DNA of 64,000 nt, from contig OZ252251.1 of NCBI GenBank assembly GCA_965249725.1, positions 480,001 to 544,000 on the forward strand. The letters run 5' to 3'. Below the pieces are notes generated by a model. It made no database searches, had not been told where the DNA came from, and saw only the letters and a list, made by a program, of their open reading frames with translations. Below, piece after piece: positions 57,195 to 64,000 of the stretch. The position numbers and the translations under genes were made by a program. The stretch is from Longimicrobiales bacterium. GTDB lineage: Bacteria; Gemmatimonadota; Gemmatimonadetes; Longimicrobiales; Gaopeijiaceae. Position 1 is the first letter of the stretch; the number at the start of each line of letters is the position of its first letter.

Positions 57195-57992
57195 TCACCC
57201 CGTCTGCAGACCGCCCAGCAAGAACCCTCCATCAACGGGCAGCACGACGCCCGTGATGTAGCCCGCCTCCTCGGATACGAGGAACAACACGGCGTGCGAG
57301 ATGTCCCGTGGGGATCCGACCCTCCCCAGCGGAATCCCGCGCGCGATCCGTTCAGCTCGTTCCGGATCGGCCAGGGAATGGTGGGTGCTGAGTCCGTTGC
57401 GGATGACCCCGGGGGCGACGGCATTCACGGTGATGTTGTGCGGTGCCAACTCGAGAGCCAGCTGTTTCGTCAGGATGTGCACGGCTCCCTTGGATGACGC
57501 GTAGTGCGGCACCTTTCTCGGCGGCATGATGCCGGCTATGGAGCCGAGGTTCACCACCCTCCCACCTCGGCCGTCGGCGATCATCTGATGCGCCACGACC
57601 TGTGTGCACAGGAATACGCCCTTGAGATTGGTGTCGAGCGTTCGATCCCACTCCTCCTCAGGGATCTCGAGCAGCGGCGTTATCTCCTCGACGCCCGCGT
57701 TGTTGATCAGGATGTCGACGGGACCCAGCTGCCGCGCCAGGTCGACCAGCGCCTCGATCTCCGGTTTCCGAGTGACGTCCGTTCGGACCGCGGCCGCCCG
57801 GCGGCCGAGCGCCTCGATCTGGCCGGCGACGGCCAGCGCGGCACTCTCGTCGATATCACCGATGACGACGTCGGCTCCCTCCTCCGCTAGGCGGAGGGCG
57901 ATTGCCTTGCCGATTCCCGCGCCTCCCCCCGTCACGATGGCCACTTTGCCTCCGAGTCTCATCGAACTCCCCTCCGAACCAGGTAGATTCAT
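57195..57992 (-). CDS. SDR oxidoreductase
   Basis: TGGGAGIG, NNAG, YASSK. Confidence 0.92.
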   Translation of the reverse strand: MNLPGSEGSSMRLGGKVAIVTGGGAGIGKAIALRLAEEGADVVIGDIDESAALAVAGQIEALGRRAAAVRTDVTRKPEIEALVDLARQLGPVDILINNAGVEEITPLLEIPEEEWDRTLDTNLKGVFLCTQVVAHQMIADGRGGRVVNLGSIAGIMPPRKVPHYASSKGAVHILTKQLALELAPHNITVNAVAPGVIRNGLSTHHSLADPERAERIARGIPLGRVGSPRDISHAVLFLVSEEAGYITGVVLPVDGGFLLGGLQTG

Positions 57993-59740
57993 GCCCCAAC
58001 CGCGGCCGTGCCGGTCGGCGCCTGTGCCTTGGACGACCCGCCCTTCGGCGCCCACCGATCGAGGGCGATTCGCATGACCACATACAGGACCGCCATGAGG
58101 CTCACCAGAATGACCGCAAGAGACGAGCTCTGGGGGGTGAGTCCCTCGCCCCAGAGATAGTAGATACGCTGGGAAAGCGTAGACGTCTCCGCCGTGCCCG
58201 TCCCCAGAAATAGCGGAGTGAGCAAGTCCCGCATGCTCGCCATCCAAAGAAGAAGAAACGTCGCCACCGCCACGGGGCGGATCACTGGCACGGTGATGCG
58301 GCGGAGCATGGTGAACGTCCCAGCGCCGCAGGTACGGGCCGCCTCCTCGAGCTCGGGCCGAATCTGGCTCAGGCCGTCCCTCAGGTGTTGGACGCCGAGG
58401 GGTAGGAACCTTGAGATCTGGCACACGACGATGATCCAGATCGTTCCATAGAGGACCAGCGGAGGCCGAAGCCACGCCCACGCCACGCCCACCACAAAGG
58501 CCACACCCGGGACGGCGATGGGGAACGTGGCAATGAACGAGAGTAGGTCCTTGAGCGGGCCGCGCCCCCGGACATCGAGATAGGCCACGAGCAAGGCGAT
58601 CAGGCTGGTCGCCACAGACATGACGAGAGCCACCTGGAGAGTGTTCCAGAAGATCTCGTGAAACACCGGGCTCCTGAAGTGATCCAGATAATGCCGCAGC
58701 GTCAGGTTCGAGAGGGAAAAGCTCTGGTAGATGTTCGCCGACAGCGACAGCATTGCGAGCGTCACATAAGGGATGACGAGTGCGAACGCGAGCACGGTGA
58801 GATTAAAGGCCGCCAGGGGATACTTCATCCAGCCGACCTCGATCTGAACCGCCCGGTGGCCCTTGCCGGCGATCACCTGGAACCGGCCTCCGTGGTGCCG
58901 CCGTGCCACGCGCAGCCCCAGCCACACGGTGAGCCCGGCCGTAACCGCGAAGAACACGGCGATCGCCGCCGAGAGGCCGAGATCCGGAGGCGGGGTAATG
59001 AGGAGCCGGTACAGATAGGTGGCGAACACGAAGATGTTGCCCGGCGTTCCCAGAATTGCCGGGATGGAGAAGCTCTCCCAGAGAATCACGATCGAGAAGA
59101 CGATGCTGGTGATCATCGTGGGCGTGACCAGCGGCAGCGTTACCCGCCGCAGCATGCTCCAAGGGGAAGCGCCCGCGGTGCGCGCCGCTTCCTCATAGCT
59201 ACTGTCGACATTCTCCAGGGCGGCGCTCAGCGTGAGAAAGAGGTAGGGATAAAGGAAGAGGGCGGCGACGAACACCATGCTGGGCATCGAAAAGGCATTG
59301 AACGGCTTTACGCCGAACAGCGCATCGGTCCACCGGTTGAATGTTCCGGCCTGCGGCGACAGTAGCCACGCATACGCCATGGCGGTGATCCAGGGTGGAT
59401 TCACGAAGGCGATGACGCTCGCCGACCGAATCAGGCCCGCGAATGGGGTCCTCAAGCGCGTTGTGCTCAGAGCGGAGATGGCCGCCATCGCCATGCCGAG
59501 CACGAGGGCGCCGCCGCTGAACACCATGGAGTTCTTCATGGCGTCGAGGGGACCGAGCCCCCGAAAGACCGAGCGGTAGTTCTCGAGGGTGAAGCCGGCT
59601 TCTCCCCCGAAGCTCCCGAGCGCCAGCCACATCATGGGGTAGACCGTCACGAGGCTCACGGCCAGCAGCCCGAACAACGTGGCCGGGGTCAGGGGATTTG
59701 CGCGCCATCGCTCTTTCAGCGCAGTGATCACTCTCGGCAC
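57989..59740 (-). CDS. FbpB-like ABC permease
   Basis: Two EEAAR motifs. Confidence 0.9.
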   Translation of the reverse strand: MPRVITALKERWRANPLTPATLFGLLAVSLVTVYPMMWLALGSFGGEAGFTLENYRSVFRGLGPLDAMKNSMVFSGGALVLGMAMAAISALSTTRLRTPFAGLIRSASVIAFVNPPWITAMAYAWLLSPQAGTFNRWTDALFGVKPFNAFSMPSMVFVAALFLYPYLFLTLSAALENVDSSYEEAARTAGASPWSMLRRVTLPLVTPTMITSIVFSIVILWESFSIPAILGTPGNIFVFATYLYRLLITPPPDLGLSAAIAVFFAVTAGLTVWLGLRVARRHHGGRFQVIAGKGHRAVQIEVGWMKYPLAAFNLTVLAFALVIPYVTLAMLSLSANIYQSFSLSNLTLRHYLDHFRSPVFHEIFWNTLQVALVMSVATSLIALLVAYLDVRGRGPLKDLLSFIATFPIAVPGVAFVVGVAWAWLRPPLVLYGTIWIIVVCQISRFLPLGVQHLRDGLSQIRPELEEAARTCGAGTFTMLRRITVPVIRPVAVATFLLLWMASMRDLLTPLFLGTGTAETSTLSQRIYYLWGEGLTPQSSSLAVILVSLMAVLYVVMRIALDRWAPKGGSSKAQAPTGTAAVGA

Positions 59741-59746
59741 CAGCGG

Positions 59747-60859
59747 CTACTCGTCTGGGTCGCGAGGCAGGAGCATCAGGTCCCCGGGCGCCAGTCTCAC
59801 CTCGACCTCCTCGCCCGGGCGCCAGTCGTTTTGGCCGGAGTCCCTGGCCTGCAGCATCAAGTCTCCGATCTGCACCTGACAATCGACTTCTTCTCCGAGA
59901 AAGGTGACGCGGACGATCCGTCCCGGCAGCGTGTCCGTCTGGCCCGTACCGTGTGAGGCCCGGCGGTGAAGCCTCACGCGGCTCGGCCGAACGGCCACCC
60001 AAACCCGGCTATGCACGGCGCCCTCACCGGTCACCACGACCGGACGACCGGTGCCGGCTAGCTCGACCTCGACGCGCCCGTGCTCTGGCACGGCGACGAT
60101 CTCGCCAGCAAGGCGGTTCGAGACGCCGAGGAAATCGGCGACGAACGGGTGCTCGGGGTCCGAGAAGATGTCCCGCGGCGCCCCCTGCCTCAGGATCCGC
60201 CCATCTCGCATGACGATCACGTGATCAGATAGCGCCATGGCCTCTGCCTGATCATGGGTCACGTAGATCGCGGTCAGACCGAGGCGCTGCTGAACGTCCC
60301 GTAGCTCGAAGCGCATCGCCTCGCGCAGCCGGGCATCGAGATTGGCCAGCGGCTCGTCGAGGAGCAGTACGCGCGGGCGGTAGACCAGCGCGCGTGCCAG
60401 CACCACCCGCTGCTGCTGTCCCCCGCTCAGCTCCGAAGGATAGCGGTCCTGGTAGCCATCCATCCCCACGCTTCGGAGAACCTCGACCACCGTGGCTCGC
60501 ACTTCCGATCGGTCGTTCGACCTCTTCTGGTTGAATTGGAGCGCCAACGCCACGTTGTCGAAGACGTTGAGGTGAGGCCATATCGCGTAGGACTGAAACA
60601 CCATGCCGACGGCCCGCTTTTCGACGGGAACCGCTCTACCCGTCTCGCCATCGTGAACCACTTCGTCTCCGATCAGGATCCGACCCGCCGACGGCGTCTC
60701 GAGTCCGGCGATGCAACGGAGAATCGTCGTCTTGCCGCAGCCGCTCGGTCCCAGCAGCGTCACGATCTGGCCTTCTTGAGCGGTAAAGGAGACGTCGTCA
60801 ACCGCACGGGCGTCCGGACCGAAGTCCTTCGTCAGGCGCTCTACTCTGATCTCAGCCAT
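59747..60859 (-). CDS. ABC ATP-binding protein (FbpC/PotA-like)
   Basis: GPSGCGKT, LSGGQQQ, TOBE tail. Confidence 0.93.
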   Translation of the reverse strand: MAEIRVERLTKDFGPDARAVDDVSFTAQEGQIVTLLGPSGCGKTTILRCIAGLETPSAGRILIGDEVVHDGETGRAVPVEKRAVGMVFQSYAIWPHLNVFDNVALALQFNQKRSNDRSEVRATVVEVLRSVGMDGYQDRYPSELSGGQQQRVVLARALVYRPRVLLLDEPLANLDARLREAMRFELRDVQQRLGLTAIYVTHDQAEAMALSDHVIVMRDGRILRQGAPRDIFSDPEHPFVADFLGVSNRLAGEIVAVPEHGRVEVELAGTGRPVVVTGEGAVHSRVWVAVRPSRVRLHRRASHGTGQTDTLPGRIVRVTFLGEEVDCQVQIGDLMLQARDSGQNDWRPGEEVEVRLAPGDLMLLPRDPDE

Positions 60860-60889
60860 TTATGAAGACGGCCGCTCGGCGCAACCCTC

Positions 60890-61957
60890 TCAGCGGGGGA
60901 GGGAGCGCCACAACCGAATGATCCGCTCGCGGTTCTCGTTGAAGGTCTCGGCGTCGATGGAGACCGGATCCAGGTCTTCCAGCTCCGGAAACCCCTCCGG
61001 GGGCGAGACTCCCGAGACCACCGGATACGCTTTCAGCTCTTGGGCGACCCCGTCTTGGTGTGACTGCGAAAGAAGAAAGTTCACGAACAGCCGCGCAGCA
61101 TTGGGATGGGGCGCGAGCTCGGGCACGATCGCCCAGTACGTATCGACCTTCGTGCCCTTCACCCAGCGGTAACCCAGTGGAGCGCCCGCCTGGATCTGCG
61201 CCGCCGGCGACGTCTGGCTCATGGGTCCCAGGAGCCGCTCGCCCCGGGCGATGAAGTTGGCGGCCTCCACTTCCCGATCGGTCTCGAGTAGTTGGTTCGC
61301 TGCGAAGCTCCGGAGCCAGGGCATGCCGAACAGCCGTTCCCAGATGTAGATCAGCCCCACGACGTTCGAGGAGTTCTCCGGGCTCCCCATCGCGATCTTG
61401 TTTCGGTATTGGGGATCCACGAGGCCCTCGTAGGTCTCGGGCAACTCGTTGTCGGAGATCAGGTTCCGATTGTAGACGATGGGGACGACGAGGGCCGCCA
61501 TGGGGTGCGCCCCCGGCGTACGCTCACGGTAGCGCGCGGTATAGCCGGTCTCGTTCGGGACCGTGAACTCGGCCATCCGCTCGTCGGCCGGCATGCTCGC
61601 GGCGATGCTCGACTCGATTTGGATCACGTCGGCCAGGTGCGCCCCGGCCGCCACCTCGGTGAGGTAGCCCTGGAGCGTCGGTGCAGACCCACCCCTCCGG
61701 CTATAGTTCACGCGGATCCCGGTCGCCTCTTCGAAGCGGCGGAACAGGTCCACCTCGACCGCCTCGATGAACACGCTCCGCACCTGGACCTCGCCCTCTG
61801 CTTTCGCCGCAGCGACAATCGCCTGCCACGACTCGTCGCCGCTGGCGATCTCCGCCATGAGGGCCGTGGCGTCAGCGCCTCCGCTGGTCCGTTGCTGTTC
61901 CCCACAGCCACCCGCCGCGAGAGGGATCAACACAAGCAGGACGAGTCTCACGCTCAT
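60890..61957 (-). CDS. ABC substrate-binding lipoprotein
   Basis: AAKAEG, APHPNAARLF. Confidence 0.88.
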   Translation of the reverse strand: MSVRLVLLVLIPLAAGGCGEQQRTSGGADATALMAEIASGDESWQAIVAAAKAEGEVQVRSVFIEAVEVDLFRRFEEATGIRVNYSRRGGSAPTLQGYLTEVAAGAHLADVIQIESSIAASMPADERMAEFTVPNETGYTARYRERTPGAHPMAALVVPIVYNRNLISDNELPETYEGLVDPQYRNKIAMGSPENSSNVVGLIYIWERLFGMPWLRSFAANQLLETDREVEAANFIARGERLLGPMSQTSPAAQIQAGAPLGYRWVKGTKVDTYWAIVPELAPHPNAARLFVNFLLSQSHQDGVAQELKAYPVVSGVSPPEGFPELEDLDPVSIDAETFNENRERIIRLWRSLPR

Positions 61958-61971
61958 GAACTCTCCGCGGC

Positions 61972-62835
61972 TCAGCCGTCGAGGCCGAGTAGTCGGGCCG
62001 CGTTCTCTCCGAGACAGCGGCGGCGAATCTTCTCGCTGTCGAAGTCGAGCGCCGTGAACTGGGCGACACTTTGCTTCAGCGGACGCACCGGATAGCTGCT
62101 GCCGAAGAGCAACCGGTAACTCAAGAAGTAGTTCGCCGAGCGGACGTATTCATCCGCGCCCGGCGTGTTGGGAATGTGGCCGTAGAAGTCCGGAACCAGA
62201 TGGACATTCGGGTTCTGGAACGCCACCGCGCACATCTGCGTCGTCCAAGGCCAGGCCGCGTGGGGCACGACGATCTTGAGCTCCTTGAAGCGACTGGCGA
62301 CTCTCTGGATGTGAACCGGCATGCAGTACGTCATGTCCGGCCCTACGAAGATGCTGCTGGTGAGGGAGACGATCAGCCCATCATCCATGCACTTCTCGTA
62401 GATGGGAAAGAGCGTTTCGTCGTCGTCGTAGAGCGGCGGATCGCACCAGCCGTTGTCGAGCGCCACCCCCTTGAACCCCATCGCACGGCAGCGGTCGATC
62501 TCGGCCAGGGCCTCGTCGGTTTTGGTACCGTTGATCCCCCCGAAGGCAACGAACCTTCCGGGATACGTCTCGACCAGCTCGGCCAACTCCTCGTTGGGGA
62601 TCCAGCCGTAGGGGGGCGGTGACTGCCGCCCCATCAGCACCCCGACGTCGATCTTGGCCTCGTCCATTTCATCCACGAACGCCTCGATCGACAACTCCTC
62701 GAACGAGCGATAGCTGGGCAGATCGAGCCGCAGTCCACTCACCGTCACCGGATCCGGGTTGGGCGCCCGCGGCCGGTAGAGGTGAAGATCACGGAAGCCC
62801 TTGAAGGGAGGACGAACCCGGAAGTCAACGATCAC
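61972..62835 (-). CDS. Amidohydro_2-family protein
   Basis: DFRVRPP, HAAWPW, FGSSYP. Confidence 0.85.
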   Translation of the reverse strand: MIVDFRVRPPFKGFRDLHLYRPRAPNPDPVTVSGLRLDLPSYRSFEELSIEAFVDEMDEAKIDVGVLMGRQSPPPYGWIPNEELAELVETYPGRFVAFGGINGTKTDEALAEIDRCRAMGFKGVALDNGWCDPPLYDDDETLFPIYEKCMDDGLIVSLTSSIFVGPDMTYCMPVHIQRVASRFKELKIVVPHAAWPWTTQMCAVAFQNPNVHLVPDFYGHIPNTPGADEYVRSANYFLSYRLLFGSSYPVRPLKQSVAQFTALDFDSEKIRRRCLGENAARLLGLDG

Positions 62836-63069
62836 GGTCGGCAGCCTCCTGAGGGAAACGCCGAGCTGAGTCGTGCGTCCTCTCGAGTAAACCCGCGGCT
62901 CGGCTGGTCTGTCGCCGAAGCGACGAGTTATTGTATGCGCCAATCGCCGATCGTCACTCGCCGATCGGTCGGCAGCATGTTAACAGGCGGTCCCGTTGCC
63001 CAACAGGGAATGACGCAGAGCAGGCGGCGTCATGCTCCTTGGCACCAACCCTTCATCCGGTGGAGAACC

Positions 63070-63864
63070 ATGCCCGTTATCGACTTTCGCGCCCGACCCA
63101 ATACCGAACAGTACATGAGCATGTATCCCGATCCGCGTCCCTGGGCGCGCTTCTTCCACTGTTCCAGGCCGGAGCCAGTCTCCTTGGCGGCGTTCATCCA
63201 GTCCTTGGACGAAACAGGAGTCTCTCAGGCCGTCTTCACCGGCCGGCAAACGCCCGCGAACACACTCAGCAATGACTACGTGCACGGTTGTGTGCAGGCC
63301 CACCCCGACCGCCTGTTCGGATTTGCCGGTATCGACCCCACCCAGGGTGAGGCGGCGGTGCGGGAGATCGAGCGCACGGTGGGCGAGCTCGGCATGAAGG
63401 GGATCTCCATCGATCCGCATTCCTCCAAGCGCCCGCCCGACGACGACATCTGGCATCCGCTCTACGACAAATGCGTCGAGCTGGGAGTGCCGGTCATCGT
63501 CACCATGGGCCCCATCGTCGGGAAGTGGGCGCCGCCGGTTAGCATCGACAACGTCGCCGAGCTGTTCCCGAAGCTGACGATCGTGTGCTCGCATGGAGTG
63601 TGGCCGTGGGTGACCGAGTTGATCGCGCTCGCCTACAAGTATGAGAACGTGTATCTCGAGGCGTCGATCTACGAGTTCCTTCCCGGCGCGGAGCCGATCT
63701 TCGACGCTGCCAACACCATCCTGCAGGACAAGATCATCTACGCCAGCGGGTTTCCGTTCAGGCCCCTCGCCGACTTGCAGCGTTTCCTGGAGTATCCGTT
63801 TACCCCGGAAGTCGTGGACAAACTGGTGTACGGTAACGCCGCACGGGTGTTGAAGATCGAGTAA
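63070..63864 (+). CDS. Amidohydro_2-family protein
   Basis: DFRARP, HGVWPW, YASGFP. Confidence 0.85.
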   Translation: MPVIDFRARPNTEQYMSMYPDPRPWARFFHCSRPEPVSLAAFIQSLDETGVSQAVFTGRQTPANTLSNDYVHGCVQAHPDRLFGFAGIDPTQGEAAVREIERTVGELGMKGISIDPHSSKRPPDDDIWHPLYDKCVELGVPVIVTMGPIVGKWAPPVSIDNVAELFPKLTIVCSHGVWPWVTELIALAYKYENVYLEASIYEFLPGAEPIFDAANTILQDKIIYASGFPFRPLADLQRFLEYPFTPEVVDKLVYGNAARVLKIE

Positions 63865-64000
63865 ACCATAGACCCTACCGCGGCACCTCCGTATCCCCGT
63901 AGAACGCCGGAGCGTCCGGGCTCGCACGCGTCTTCCGGAACGGTGCGTCAGGCCGGATTTCGGGGCGCGTCGGCGAGTTCGCGAGATCCCGGACGAGGTA

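Overview
High-GC bacterial DNA. The DUF1592-type cytochrome gene and the Big_2 surface protein suggest a Gemmatimonadota-like host (inference only). A ~41 kb HK97/lambda-like siphovirus prophage (~12.2-53.2 kb) sits inside what looks like one host lipid-biosynthesis locus. The left flank has FabL-like SDR, ACP, double-hotdog dehydratase, two ketosynthases and a cut hydroxylase-like gene. The right flank has a cut fatty acyl-AMP ligase, a PAP2 phosphatase, an ABC transporter and two amidohydrolases. Prophage order: methylase, replication, C5-MTase, HNH, terminase, portal, capsid, tail, lysis, cargo, CI/Cro, RecE/RecT-like, beta clamp, xis, integrase. Main observations: (1) cargo genes behind cI are each preceded by a copy of the last ~14 codons of a cI gene, forming a cassette-like array, and similar 3'-end duplications flank cargo behind the spanin-like gene and cro; (2) integration splits the early operon between integrase and the methylase/replication genes, with both host flanks truncated and no long att repeat; (3) a tandem structured RNA upstream of the major capsid gene overlaps a terminator, followed by an RBS-sequestering hairpin. 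Several single-base frameshifts suggest assembly indels. All calls were made by eye, without database searches.
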